The notes below the pieces were generated by a model, which was not told the origin of the DNA, made no database searches, and worked only from the letters and a program-made list of their open reading frames with translations. The position numbers and the translations under genes were made by a program. A DNA stretch of 64,000 nucleotides from Amphiscolops sp. MND2022 (taxonomy: Eukaryota), in assembly GCA_964187785.1 (NCBI GenBank), contig OZ076414.1, positions 7,936,001 through 8,000,000 of the forward strand, written 5' to 3'. Positions within the stretch are counted from its first letter, which is position 1; every line of letters starts with the position of its first letter. Shown one piece after another: positions 49,588-61,806 of the stretch.

Positions 49588-52098
49588 TCAAAAAACAGTT
49601 TCTATTTTATGCTTCACAAACAAGTCAGAAACTGTATCGCTACGTTTTCTGAAGAAAATTGTTCGTATAATTCGTTTTTGCATTAATAGAATCTCATTCA
49701 GCACTGAATGTCTTGTACCGCCGTATATGAGCAAACCGTACAGTATAATTGGTTTTGCATATGCTTGATAAAACCTTAAGAGAGCTTTCCGGGAAAACCA
49801 ATAACGTGCCTTGTAGACCAAACCATTAAATTTAGCTAATCTTTTCTGGATACTCGCTATATGGCTATGAAAATTCAATCTTTTGTCGATACTAACGCCT
49901 AGGTACTTGAATTTATCTACAATGTCTATTTCGCCTGCTAAACCCTCAAGTTCGTCAATTTCCGTTGCGGTTATCGATTTACCAAAGGGTAAAATTGTAC
50001 ACTTAGATACATTGACAGTCATTTTGTTAACCGAAAACCATTGATTCATGCTTTCTAGATCCAATTCTACATCTTTTGTTACATTTCTACAGCTTTTAGA
50101 AGTTACAATTGCAGTATCATCAGCAAAAAGAATCATGTTTGACTTCTTACATGTTTCAGGCAAATCATTTATGTATATCAAAAACAAAAGTGGGCCCAAG
50201 ATTGAACCTTGTGGAACTCCACAATCAATGCTCCTCGATGAAGACTTTTGATTACCCGAAAATACGAATTGTTCTCTGTCAGATAAGTAATCTCTGAGCA
50301 AATTTTCAATTTGACCGCGTAGTCCAAAGCTATTTAGTTTTTTATTAAGAAGATTGTGATCAACGGTATCAAAGGCTTTTTTTAAATCAATGAAAGCTGC
50401 CAAGCCATAGTGTTTTTTGTCAATTGTTTTTCTCATAAATTCAGTGATTTCTGCAATTGCATGTGCACAAGAAAAATTTTCTCTAAAACCGAATTGTTTG
50501 GGAGTTAGTAGTTTATGCTTCGCCAAAAATTTTGTTATTCGTTTGTGAATGAGTTTTTCAAAAATTTTGCTCAGCGAAGTCAAAAGACTAATAGGGCGAT
50601 AATTATCCGGTTGGGAAAAATCACCTTTCTTTAAAAGCGGAAGAACTTTCGCAATTTTCATCGACTTAGGAAACTTTGAATCTTCTATACACTCATTGAA
50701 AATATTGGCCAAAAATTGACTAATTGAAGATGCCGCAAGCCTCAAAAGTTTATTAGAGATGCCATCATGACCAGAAGAAATTTTGTTCTTTAGGTGTTTG
50801 ATTATACTGTAAACTTCAGATGCATCTGTCTCGAAGAGAGCGAAAGTTTGAACAGGTCCGTCCGCGTCGAAGTCAACATTGGGTAAGGATTCACTACACT
50901 CATTTGCAAGTTTTTTTCCAATACTTACAAAAAAATCATTAAATTTCTCAACGTCTACTTCTCTTTGTTTCTTGGTTTCTTTCCCACAAAAATGGTTAAA
51001 ACAGTTGAATAATTCTTTTGAATTGCACACGTTTTTGATTTTTTTGTCATAATAGGATCGTTTAGCTTTCCGATTTTCACTGGTGACCGAGTTACGGAGT
51101 TTCTTGTAAACTAACTCGTTCTTTTTGCTGGCCTCTTTTACGTAAAAGGCATGCGCTTTATCACGTTTATGAATCAAAGATTTGATATGGTTTGTTACCC
51201 AATTTGATCTTTTCTTCGTAGCATCAAAAGTTTTGTGTGGAGCATACTTCTCGGAAGCTGAATTCAGAACACCGGTGAGGTACTCTAATTTGCTTTCAAC
51301 TGTGTCACACTGACATTTACGAAGTGCTTGATCTATGTAAAACAAAAATTTCAAATCATGATCTTCTTTAGAAAAGCCGGAAAAATCACGAAATTGAATA
51401 GCATCATTATCGTTGCAATGATTTGTGTCATATAAAATAGGAAATCTCAATGCATAGTGGTCACTGATTTTGTATTTGAGAGTTTCAACTTTTATTTCTT
51501 TAGTTGATATGCAGAGGTCAATGCATTTCGAAGTTGACAGAGTCTCTCGAGTAGGCTCTTCATTCTGCACAGATAGTCCGAATGCTTCCAAACAAAGTTC
51601 TAGTTTTTTGGTTTTATAGTCTAGATTATCAAGAACATCAATATTGAAGTCTCCTACGAGTATGGAATCTCCTTTCATTTCAAACAAATCAGTTAGAAGA
51701 CAATCCATTTCATCAAAAAAGACAGCTTTAGCATCTGGTGGTCTATAAATCAGGCAGACATTCAGCGGACCTAAAGCGTTCCGATGGATTGTGACAATTA
51801 CGTGTTCAATATTAGATTTACATTTGGTTGTAGTGTAATTCACGTCTTCTCTCGCGTAGAAAGCTAAACCGCCACCAGGTTTGTTCAGTCTATTTGATGT
51901 TTCAATTTCAGAGTAGTCGTCGAGCCAATAAAGGTCAATAGGGTCATTTTCTGTCAACCAAGTTTCACAAAGGCAAATCAACTCAGGTTTTACTTCAAAA
52001 TCATCAAAAGTAGTAATTAACTGGTCATGATGGCACCTAAGTGAACGTATGTTCATGTAAAAAATGTCTGAGGTTTTAAAAGTTTCCACAGATTCCAT
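49588..52098 (-). CDS. LINE ORF2: AP endonuclease + reverse transcriptase (836 aa; continues to 49257 across a frameshift in the A6 run 49590-49595, ~946 aa if repaired)
   Basis: YMNIRSL, LCETWL, IYRPP, GDFNID, ISDHY; NYRPISLL, QFGFR, FIDLKKAFDTVDH, GVPQGSILGPLLFLIYINDL, FADDT, KYLGV. Confidence 0.95.
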   Translation of the reverse strand: MESVETFKTSDIFYMNIRSLRCHHDQLITTFDDFEVKPELICLCETWLTENDPIDLYWLDDYSEIETSNRLNKPGGGLAFYAREDVNYTTTKCKSNIEHVIVTIHRNALGPLNVCLIYRPPDAKAVFFDEMDCLLTDLFEMKGDSILVGDFNIDVLDNLDYKTKKLELCLEAFGLSVQNEEPTRETLSTSKCIDLCISTKEIKVETLKYKISDHYALRFPILYDTNHCNDNDAIQFRDFSGFSKEDHDLKFLFYIDQALRKCQCDTVESKLEYLTGVLNSASEKYAPHKTFDATKKRSNWVTNHIKSLIHKRDKAHAFYVKEASKKNELVYKKLRNSVTSENRKAKRSYYDKKIKNVCNSKELFNCFNHFCGKETKKQREVDVEKFNDFFVSIGKKLANECSESLPNVDFDADGPVQTFALFETDASEVYSIIKHLKNKISSGHDGISNKLLRLAASSISQFLANIFNECIEDSKFPKSMKIAKVLPLLKKGDFSQPDNYRPISLLTSLSKIFEKLIHKRITKFLAKHKLLTPKQFGFRENFSCAHAIAEITEFMRKTIDKKHYGLAAFIDLKKAFDTVDHNLLNKKLNSFGLRGQIENLLRDYLSDREQFVFSGNQKSSSRSIDCGVPQGSILGPLLFLIYINDLPETCKKSNMILFADDTAIVTSKSCRNVTKDVELDLESMNQWFSVNKMTVNVSKCTILPFGKSITATEIDELEGLAGEIDIVDKFKYLGVSIDKRLNFHSHIASIQKRLAKFNGLVYKARYWFSRKALLRFYQAYAKPIILYGLLIYGGTRHSVLNEILLMQKRIIRTIFFRKRSDTVSDLFVKHKIETVF

Positions 52099-52269
52099 CC
52101 TTATTGCAAGCTGACAAAAACTGAAGAAAAACGCAAACTTCAGAGTATTAAAGAAGTATTTGCAGTCAAACTTTAGGAAGTTTATGTTTTAAGTGTAGTG
52201 AGGTTTAGGTTTCAAACTATTTGTCCATTATCATTTTTGAAACGTTTTAGAAATTTGACTGCAAGTTCA

Positions 52270-53082
52270 TCAAATTACAGTCCCTCGTCCATTGATGTCA
52301 TTATCGCGACAGAAGTTTTTCAAGGATTGCAGGCCCTCCTCATCTGGTGACGACCGTATTCGTTTCAATAAAGATTTCATTTGATTTTCCACGAGTTTGG
52401 ATGGTTCAGGCGTCATTGCAACTTTTTCATGCTGCTTTTGAGATGGCTTGACTTTTTTAACAGCTATGTCTTTGATATCATGTACCGCTTTCACAGAATT
52501 CAACTTGACGCTTTTGTATCTTCCATCGAAACTTCTGGTAAAAGCTTTTACTTGGCAATTGTATGTAGTTGTTATCAACCCTTCTTCTTAGGCTTTGTTT
52601 TTGATTTCACGCTGTTTGGGTGGGAGCCTCTCTTTGAAGTACATAGCTTGACCATTAAGAGGGTTTGATGACCTTGATAACCAAGATTTACGGCCATAAA
52701 TTTCATTTTTTTCTCCAAAGTACACGAACTTGACAATAATTGCTGGTGCATATTTTTCATTTTTCCAGGGCCCCAGGGGATGGCAAGCTTTAAAACTACT
52801 GGGATGGGTCTCATAATTGATATAGGATTTCAAAACGTCGCATACCTGATGACTGAGAGGGGGTACATTACCATTGTTGAAGTTTTTTATTGGTAAATTC
52901 TCCATTATAATACAGTCTTTTGATGAATAGATTTCACATTCGTCCAAATCAGCTACCTTGTTTTCCAGTGATTTAATTTTCTCGTCTTTGATGGTAAGAT
53001 TAGTAACGATTTCAGTAAGAATTTGCCTTAAATCGGCATTCTCAATTGCTTCTATGGCGCTTTTGATTTCGAAAGAGGCCAT
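52270..53082 (-). pseudogene. LINE ORF1 (coiled coil + RRM-like), one in-frame TAA at 52588-52590
   Basis: MASFEIK..KIKSLENKV coiled coil; PAIIVKFV..YFKERLPP typical of L1/CR1-type ORF1. ORF 52270-52578 is in the same frame. Confidence 0.75.
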
Positions 53083-53517
53083 GTTCAAAAAAAGTTCAAC
53101 TCTTATTACGTAATAATTTGAAACAACGCTCACTGCACACACAACTGCTCTCTAGCTTTGCATTCGTCCCCTGAGAAACGCGAATGTGTAGGAATATGGA
53201 AGATCTTGGCAAGAGTTTCAAGATAATTCGCAATGGAAAGGTAATGTTGAGTGAGAAAATGTGGGTCTTATGTTTGCACTCATTCAAACTTTTTTTAAAA
53301 AACTCGGCATGTTTTCCAAAAAGAAAGTGCACTATAGTTCGTTTCTTCAAAGATGCAGGTTTTTTTTCAAAACTTGTGCAACAAAAATTTTATCAGACAA
53401 ACAAATTGAAGTACATGCTTCTTGTTGGTATATTTTTTTTTTTCAGATCATAATGATTTTACACTAAAAGAACCAAGACAATTTAGTACTTTAAACCAGA
53501 GCCGCATATGCGGTAAA

Positions 53518-54436
53518 GGAGTCGGCTTAGGTTTTTTTTCTTCTGACTCGCCCCAATCCCAGTCATAACAATTTATTGGAATTGCACACATAGGACCATA
53601 ATATGGTGTAGAAAATGACTGTAAAAATTTTCCTTCGAATCGTATGAACAGTTTTAGCAAAAGTCAAAAAAAGTCGAAAAATGACTGTTTTTTGGCCATT
53701 TTTGGGTTAATTTAGGCTATGTTTCTCACATCCCAGCAATACTAACTTGTTGAAATTACACACAAAGGACCATAACATGGTGAAGAATGACTGTACAAAA
53801 TTTCATTCGAATCGTATGGACAGTTTTTGAGAAAACAGAAAAAAATCAAAAAATGAATGATTTTGGCCATTTTTGGGCTAATTTTGGCTATGTTTCTCAC
53901 ATCCCAGCCATATGACTTTAATGCCATTGCACATATAAGACTCTAATATGGTGTAGAATAACTGTAGAAAATTTCGTTCGAATCGTATGGAGTTTTTGAA
54001 AAAATCGAAAAAAGTCGAAAAATCGCTGTTTTTTGGCCATTTTTGAGCTAATTTTGGCTATGTTTCTCACATCCCAGCCATACGATTTTAATGCCATTGC
54101 ACATATAAGACTCTAATATGGTGTAGAATAACTGTAGAAAATTTCGTTTGAATCGTATGAACAGTTTTTGAAAAAATCGAAAAAAAAGTCGAAAAATCGC
54201 TGTTTTTTGGCCATTTTTGGGCTAATTTTGGCTATGTTTCTCACATCCCAACCATACGATTTTGATGCCTTTGCGCACGCAGGGGTCCCTTTGGGTGTAG
54301 AATGACTGTGCAAAATTTCGTGAAAATCGTATGGACAGTTTTTGAGAAATTTGAAATTTTCATGAAAAGGTCGCGAGAAAAAAAACAAAAAAAAACAGCA
54401 CGATTGCATAAGTAGTCGAAAATGTTTTCCGACTCC
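53518..54436. mobile_element. Non-autonomous DNA element with short TIRs, carrying an internal ~170-bp tandem array
   Basis: GGAGTCGG (53518-53525) and CCGACTCC (54429-54436); TAAA on both flanks (53514-53517, 54437-54440). Confidence 0.55.
53575..54380. repeat. ~170-174 bp tandem array, about 5 units
   Basis: ATGGTG(T/A)AGAA anchor at ~53603, 53777, 53948, 54118, 54291. TTTTGGCCATTTTTGGG..GCTATGTTTCTCACATCCCA recurs. Confidence 0.92.
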
Positions 54437-55449
54437 TAAAAAGACGCTTACAGAGCTGCAGTATTGGGTCTAGAAAAAAGAACAACTGTTGAGAAGAGAA
54501 AATTGAGTGTTCAGTTCGGGTTAAAAATCAGATTGTGAATTGGTGAAGAGATAAATTCAAGTCAGTATAGTCTAGACATTTACAAGTCTGGTGAATAGGT
54601 GTATGAAAAAATTTAGGTGATTACGTCAAAGGATTACGATGGTTATATCATCCGACCGGGTTTTAAAAGGAACCATTTATTTAGTATTATGAAGAAATTG
54701 AATCATGAGAGTTGGAACCGTAAAAGGTTTGGCCAGAACATATAGAGTTGGAGTTCGATTTAAGGTCTGGAGGATTTGTCAAAGTTTCAAGTAAAGGTGG
54801 TAGTTTGATAATTGGTGTAGTCAAAAGATGTTTATTCACAAAAAAATTCACAAAATAGAGTAAAAATATAAAAGTTAGAAGTGAATACAGAAGGGGAGGA
54901 AAGGAAATAGAAAACTTTAGTTAAAAATAACATGTGTTATTACAGTAGCAGCAAAATACAATAATTTTTATTGTATTGGTATTGTATTTTTACTTTTTTG
55001 TGTAAAACAATTGTAGTAATTTATAAGGCACATAGAAAAAATACATTTAAAAGGGCACAGAGAACTTTGAACAAATTGATAAGGTAATCATCAACATGTT
55101 TCAAACTGTTTGGAGATTTTGAAAAGAATTAAGCGTTTTGTCATTATTGGTTATGGGGCACTTTTGGTAGGAGTTTGATTTTGAGTGGTTGGAGGAGGGG
55201 GGTTAATAGTAACACTTATGGACTGTTTTGCCGGAAAGTGGGTGGAGGGAAAGGAAAACATAAATACGAAGAAGGAAAGCAATTATAAGTATCATCAAAA
55301 AATTTAGAGTAATTAGATGACTCATCATGGGGATAGAATCGAAGAATTGATTTGAATAGAATTGAGACGCATCAAAAGTAAAATTTGGTGGTGGAGGTTT
55401 TCTGAATTTTAGTAGCACAGAACTAGGAGACAAGTTAAATTGTTCAGTA

Positions 55450-55945
55450 AAATTGTTTGCCATTATATTAGGTTCATAGAGTTGATCATTAATAAGAGAA
55501 TCTAAAGACCATTCATGATGTTTCAATGCAATATTATGTTTGAAAAGTTTTTGTTCATATACAGCACTCTGGACTATGCGTTTCGTTATCGACCCAGCTT
55601 CACCAGGAGGGAGTTGATATCGCGTTGGATGTCGGGGCTTGCGATGTAGGATGGGTGTGAAGAGAGTTGTCGATGTAGTTGAAGTGACAGACGCAGTGGG
55701 TGTTGCATAAGATGAAGATGAAGATTGAGAAAGATGTATCAGCGGAGAGATTAAAGTCAAATCAATGTGATAATCGGAGCGGAGCAGTCAACAATTTTAT
55801 CAATAGTGGGTATACAGATCAAGAGTATTTCAGGGTATTCAGAAGAAGACATCGAGAGGAGTAGAAGAATTGTGAATCGATGGAGAGCGAACCAGAAGAA
55901 TGTATGAGTTATAATACAAATTGAATGTCGAAACAAGATTGGAGC
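55450..55945 (-). repeat. Dispersed ~500-bp repeat, copy 2 (see 48270-48840)
   Basis: ORF 55203-55760 shares RYQLPPGEAGSI..LDSLINDQ..EPN with copy 1. Confidence 0.8.
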
Positions 55946-56190
55946 TTTCTGTTATTGTGTTTTTCATCACTATGATTTCAAGAGGCACGTGGCGAAAGTG
56001 AGGCCAGAAACAATCTTGTCTGCGAAAACTGGAAAAAAAAGATGTGGCTAGAAACAACTTTGGATACGCAATGATCAGCGAAAAGTTTTCCGTTTTTGAA
56101 GAGAAGCTAGTAAAGTGACGAGATTGTACTGATCTGTTCAACTTTTTTATATGCAAGTGGTAGTCTTTATTCTGTAGTGGTAGTGTTTAT

Positions 56191-57056
56191 TGTTACGACA
56201 ATTTACTGGGGTAGTTCTAAAGCTAGTCGCAATTGTTGTTTTAACAGGTGTTGACGTTCTAGCAACGGAGGTGTTTTCAGGCTCGGAATCAGAATCCTGG
56301 TCATTGACGCACGTGGGGCGTTTTTTACTCAAAGGCGCTATCAATTTAAGCATTTCCTTTTGGTTCTCAGCTAGTATTTTTGACAAATCAGACAAAATCT
56401 CTTTCCTCAAAGACGTCTTTATTTCGTCTAAGTTTTCAGGTTCAATTCTGATAGTTTTACTAGGGCCTGCAATTAAATCCTCAGATGGGATGTTGTCGTT
56501 CACAAGAGTTTCACAATCTTGAGAAATTAGCTCAGCTACAGCTTTCCTCTTTTGACATCTAGTTGTCATTTTTCGGGTTGAAAATTCAAAGTCTTCGGTA
56601 CAATTGAATTCTTCGAATAACTATTTTTCGTTATTACAACGGAACGTTTTAAGTACAAAGCAGTGATCAACTAGTCAACTTCCAACATAGAAAATTGAAA
56701 TTCGAAGTAAAAGTATGACTGGCAAAAAATGGTTACGGAATTAAAACGGATCAAAAAGTTTTGGGTTTGTAAATATTTAGATGTTGGGAAAGGAAACAAA
56801 TGATGCTGAAATAGACGTATTCCAATTGTTAACACAAACAAAACCTGTGTTACATTTGACAGCAGTATAAAAATAAGTTTAACCTGAACATTAGCAATTG
56901 CCGACGGAAATTGTCCGTTGGGGTAATACAAATCCTTCATGATATAAATTAGCATCGATACAAAACAATACACGGTTATGATGACATGGCATGGAAATAG
57001 CAAGCCATTTGAAGCAAATTGACCTTACGTTGCGTTTTTGGTATTATTAGGTGACA
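56191..57056 (-). mobile_element. Probable solo LTR of another Gypsy family, carrying a gag-like N-terminal ORF (56569 to 56191)
   Basis: ORF MTTRCQKRKAV..LDEIKTSLRKEILSDL.. reaches ..CGT AAC A| at TG 56191, in the same codon phase as the family-X LTR end. The right boundary (GTGACA 57056) is a guess. Confidence 0.5.
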
Positions 57057-57387
57057 TATAAAGTAAGAGGGTTGTTCAACTACAATATTTTCATGGACAA
57101 ATCAGTTGCAACGTAAGTCAATCGTCATTCTTATCGCCATCATCATGGAGTTTGAAGGTAGGGAATTAAGACATAGCAACTGGTTAATGCAATATGAAAT
57201 GCTATACGAACTTAAGGTCAAGAGCATATTTTATCCAATTCATCTTCAACTTGTCATCAAATTTTGAGCTCTGTTTTTTCTTACAGTACAGCCTATCCTC
57301 TGTGAAATTTTGCTTCGAACACCATTAAATGCGTCGGTTAAAAAAGCTTCGTTCAGAATCCGTTTAATTTAATACTTCATTACTACG

Positions 57388-57518
57388 ATTTTACAATTCG
57401 CTCCGTAGATACTCCGTACGTATTAAGATTGGTTATAGCTGAGCGGCGGAATACAATTTTACAATTTGCTCCGTAGTTGCTCCGTACATATTAAGATTGG
57501 TTATAGCTGACCGGCGGA
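57388..57518. repeat. 68-bp tandem duplication (2 copies)
   Basis: ACAATT(C/T)GCTCCGTAG..TATTAAGATTGGTTATAGCTGA(G/C)CGGCGGA at 57393 and 57461. Confidence 0.9.
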
Positions 57519-58132
57519 GGCTGACGGAGAGAAAGCGGAAAGCGTAGGCGAATTGATTCTCTTTTCTCTTAGCTAATTGGCGTTGCTAGGGGCAACCAAG
57601 CATAGTTCTACCGGCATGAGCTCAAATAATTCAGTTGAGGCGCAACGCTATTGGTCCGTAAAAAAGTAGAAATACCCATTACTAGCTTTGTTAATTGACG
57701 CTGTCACAACGTTGTAAACATTTGCTTAAAGTCACTTGACTGTAGCTTTAAGTGAATATTGACAACTACTTTGATGCCCGGAAAACAATTCCACTATATT
57801 TTATATCTTTTTCATTTTAGATTGTATGAACTCCGTTGGGATCTCGGAGCTAAAATTATCTTTGATGTTTTCATATTAGTGTGGAACAGGAGAGAAAATG
57901 ATCCCATATAGGAAAATGTTTCTGTTTTAATATTTAGATTAGTATGACAAAATGCAGAAGACGATACCGGGAATAAAAATAGCGTTATGCGTGATAACAT
58001 TAAACCGGAAGTTTTAGCCAGTCCGAAATCATTTCTGAAAATATTCCGTGGCGCTTACGTTGAATTTTATGATCGACAAATTGTTTGCAAGTTATCTAGT
58101 TGTACTGTAAGTATAGATTAAATTAGCTCACG

Positions 58133-58839
58133 TTATTGTTTCGTGGTCTTTACAATATTCACGTCCTCTTCCACTTCCCATTGCGATGCATCATTCGCAA
58201 CCACGACTGGGAGCGGGTCGTGAAAGGCCCTTCTTGTCGCTAGGAACACAGGCCATCCCTGACAATAGGGAATCTCTTTTTTGATCTGCACTGGGGGGCG
58301 GCGGCTGAGGTAATTTCTAATTTGGTGAGGGCCACGTCCACGGCCAACAGACATGTAGACTTCTCTTTCCTCTTTTTCGAGCTCTAGCGACAATTTTGCA
58401 AATTAATCATTGGCTTCAGGAGTGCATAAGTCATTCAGGTAATCTCTTACTGTCTTTCCTTTTTCTTGCGTACATGTAGGCGGCTCATTTAGGTCATTGA
58501 GTTGTCCTTTTGCTGCTACCTTTTCGGGCTGAGGCATGTTCATTCTTCGTGAAGGCTTTAATGGTTCAGGTCTTCATAAAAGTCGCTTTCTGAGTCTTTG
58601 GAGGCTGGAGGCAGATTAAATGTCATATTCTTTTTAGGCGAGAGCCTAATTTTTTTTGGAGATGATTCAGACTCGAAGGTCGAATTAATTTCAACGTCAC
58701 TGCCCCGGAAAACTTCAGTTGACGAGTCGCTCAGATTGAGCCTTCCCACCAGGTTTACTGGTAGGGTTTTCATTGGAGTGCTTGTTTTGGCAATTTCTTC
58801 ATCAGAAGAGATGTCGAATACAAGAGAGTATCCGTTCAT
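58133..58839 (-). pseudogene. Decayed ORF of unknown function (~230 codons, acidic/Ser-rich)
   Basis: ORFs 58558-58839 and 58133-58393 are bridged by an open stretch with one frameshift and one TAA. No recognisable domain. Confidence 0.3.
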
Positions 58840-59217
58840 TTTGTGTTTGAAGAATGCTGGTTTTTAGGAGAAAATGAGACAAATTTTCAATTATCTTAAT
58901 GCAAGCTGGTCAAGCTGAGAATTTGGACGACAAATGACCGTTTCAATTTTCTTTCTGTCGTGGCTTTCCTCGGAGGTTCATTGGTCGGTTTTTCCGCTTT
59001 CGTTCCGGTCCGTCCTGACCTTTTAAGGCGACGAACTTTTATCTTCACTGTTATTGGTCAAAATAGGAAATCTTCATCCTAATTCCGATTTTTTTCATCA
59101 GCGTCGTTATGATGTCATCAATTTTTTAAAAAAGGTTACGTTCACGAAACGAAATTTCTAAAATTTAGATTGTTTTGAAGAAACTGTTGTTGCTCTGTTG
59201 CTCAACTTCATTCGCAA

Positions 59218-61110
59218 ATGGAAAAAGATGCTATTTCCCTTACTGAAGAGATGGAAGACGAAGAGACTGAGTGTCCTGTTGCAGCGGCTACTGGCTTTGT
59301 GAGTGGGAACTAGACTGTGTACAATTACTCCGAAGTCGACGTTATGCATTCGGAAGGAATGATTGGGTTGTCTATTTCAGGTTGGTAAATTCTTTCTGAC
59401 TTTCATGGGTAATTCGGACTATTTTTTGGTGGTCAGCCTGTTAGTCCTACCCGCTTTTCTGACGCGTCTGAGACCAGATCTTGATTTTCAGTAACTCAAC
59501 CTGGTAAGTCTCCCACAGTTTCCGGAGGGTTCGCGGAGACTTCTCCTGCAGTGTTACCATCGGCTTCCACTCTGATTTCACTTAGCTCTCCTCCCAACTT
59601 TGGGGCTGTTCTTGAGAAAACTGTTTTTCCCGATGTTCCTGAAGTATTCATTCCTACTAAGGACATAGGTAAATCTAGTTCTCAGACCCAACTTGAAGCA
59701 GAGTCTCATGGAGGTGAGAGTGACTCCCCCTCCGAAGAGGAAACGGGTTAGTGGGGTACTAAATGGTGTATGATGATACAACTACAGGGGCCTGTAGTAA
59801 GCGTTATCTTGTTTTGTAGAGTCTCCTGTACGTCAAGGTCATTTCCAATCCGTAAGCTCCACCCAAACGTGTGAAGACAGTCGCACTACCTTCGCCTCCA
59901 GCGTTGACTGCTGCACCGGGAGGGTGGATTAGTTAGTATTGTACTGTGATTCATTGTGAACGTGTGGGAATCGTGGATTGTTTGGGCAGTTGTTGTATAA
60001 GTATTTTTGTTGTAGGCAATGACGATGACTTGTTAGGGATTGCCTTGAGCCCGGAACGTTTGAAGCTTCTGAGTCAACAAATCGTGGATGAGGTTGATAC
60101 GCGGACTGCCCGAACTATTCGGAATAGTAAGTGCTCTTTGATGGTGTTCATGTGCTAGGGCGTCTCTGTTTCGTACTGTTCTTGTGATTATTTTTTGGTG
60201 CTCCCTGGGGTCATTTCGTTGGTATTTGTTGTAGGTTTTAGTGAGCTGACTGCTAAGGTGGATGCGCACGTGGGCAACCGACCAAAAGCAAAGAAGTACA
60301 GGCGGAAGAACATGTTGCATAGACGTATGTTGGATTCTCATCCTGCATACCCTAGCTTTGTGAGCGGTTCGAAGCGCGGGGCAGGGACGCATTTTCATTG
60401 TGTCATGTGTAAGTGTGACGTGGCTATGAATGCTCATGGATCCCGCGAATTTGCTCGGCATTTCCAATCCGATGGGCATTGGTTCAAGAATGACGTATAC
60501 CGTGTCCACATGGGTATGCCTGTGTTAAACAGGTTGATGGAGCCTATGCAATGAAGTGAGGAGAAGCTTGCCGAATACCGTGCTCTTGTCTCGTGTTATC
60601 CATAGTTTGGATTCAAAGCAGATGCCACTCGCTGTTGTTGGAGCCAGTCCCAGTTTATTGAGGGTTATCAGTGATAACCGTACGGATGGTCGCCGTTTTG
60701 TGGTGTATCAGGGGTTCACCGAAGAACTCTTCCTACAAGGCGTCCGACAAGCTCATCAAGACATATTTGGGATGGTAGAAGTGACTACTATTGTAGAGTA
60801 TGTTGTCCATCGTCTCAAGAACGCGGTGTATGAAGAGTGGACCGAAGACAAGATTGTGCTGTGTAGATGTCTCCGAAAGGGCTCCGTGGATTTTTGTGAT
60901 TATCGTGAGTTGCTGACGGATTTGAGTGAATTTTGGCCAAAGATTCGTCCTTACATCCGATGTACTGTGAATCCAGAAGCACGTGGGAAATCTGCTACTG
61001 TTGGTACTATTGCGTTATTTGGGGTGTTTGTACTTGTATTGTGCATGTATATATACACACGTTTTCTTTGCTTTCCAGATGTTAGGGACAGATTGGCATT
61101 TGATTGCTGA
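59218..61110 (+). pseudogene. Second decayed, probably spliced gene with the same BED-like finger (hAT-related?)
   Basis: CVMCKCDVAMNAHGSREFARHFQSDGH at 60399-60479, the same C-x2-C-x16-H-x5-H spacing as 34129-34209. Low-complexity N-terminal region; candidate acceptors (TTTTGTAG ~59820, TTGTTGTAG ~60015 and ~60233). Confidence 0.45.
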
Positions 61111-61440
61111 TAATATGATCGTGCAGCGCTTTGGTCTGCTACGGTTTGTTCTCGATACGTGTAAGTATGGTGTTTTGATTTTTGTTATTTAATTTTGTTT
61201 TCCTTCTTCGTGGCTGTTCTTTCCGATTGATGTTTGTAGTTCTGTCGACTCGTCTGGTACGGTTGTTCTTCCGTTTTCATAATTTTGGTGTTGTTTTAGT
61301 CCATATCAATTTCACGAAGATGCTTCAGCGACGGAAGGATTACGGATTTCATGGGTACAGTGAATTGTGCCATTTTGTCTACTGTCTGCTGTTGAAGACT
61401 TAATACATGCACTTAATACATGCGGTCGTGATTTCACTCG

Positions 61441-61546
61441 CACAAGGTCGGACCCGCACTGGGTAGGACACAGGACTTTTTAACTAGACAAGGTCGGACC
61501 CGCACTTGGTAGGACCTGAGACCTGTTTTTACTAGCACAAGGTCGA
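61441..61546. repeat. 46-49 bp tandem repeat (~2.2 copies)
   Basis: ACAAGGTCG at 61442, 61488 and 61537. Confidence 0.85.
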
Positions 61547-61806
61547 ACTAACAAAATGGCAAATGAAAAACCAAATTAGTTTCAAATAAAATAAAAATGA
61601 AATGAGCTTCACCAAACTTGAAATTAAAACTGTTTGAGAAAGTTGTCGAGAGCATTCAAAAACCGAAAGACTCACTGAAATTGTGTTAAAATTACTGACA
61701 AAAATGTGAGTTTAACTGTTTAACCGGGTATTCGGTTTTTGATGTTATATGAAAATAATTTCACTATGTTGAATGGAACTAATTCCGTTTTTGTAATCTG
61801 CTTTTG

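Larger units (their letters stand above)
49119..53440 (-). mobile_element. Near full-length CR1/L2-type LINE
   Basis: ORF1 + APE-RT ORF2; 3' UTR with a stem-loop-like GC segment (~49150-49200); AATAAATATAAAT tail at 49119-49131. The 5' end is approximate. Confidence 0.9.

Noticed and set aside
53575-54380. CRISPR array (also considered for 57388-57518 and 61441-61546)
   Set aside because: Whole units repeat with no unique spacers, there are no cas genes, and the context is eukaryotic.
57582-57596. GTTGCT-AGG-GGCAAC, an RFX X-box-like palindrome
   Set aside because: Single short motif with no identifiable target gene nearby.
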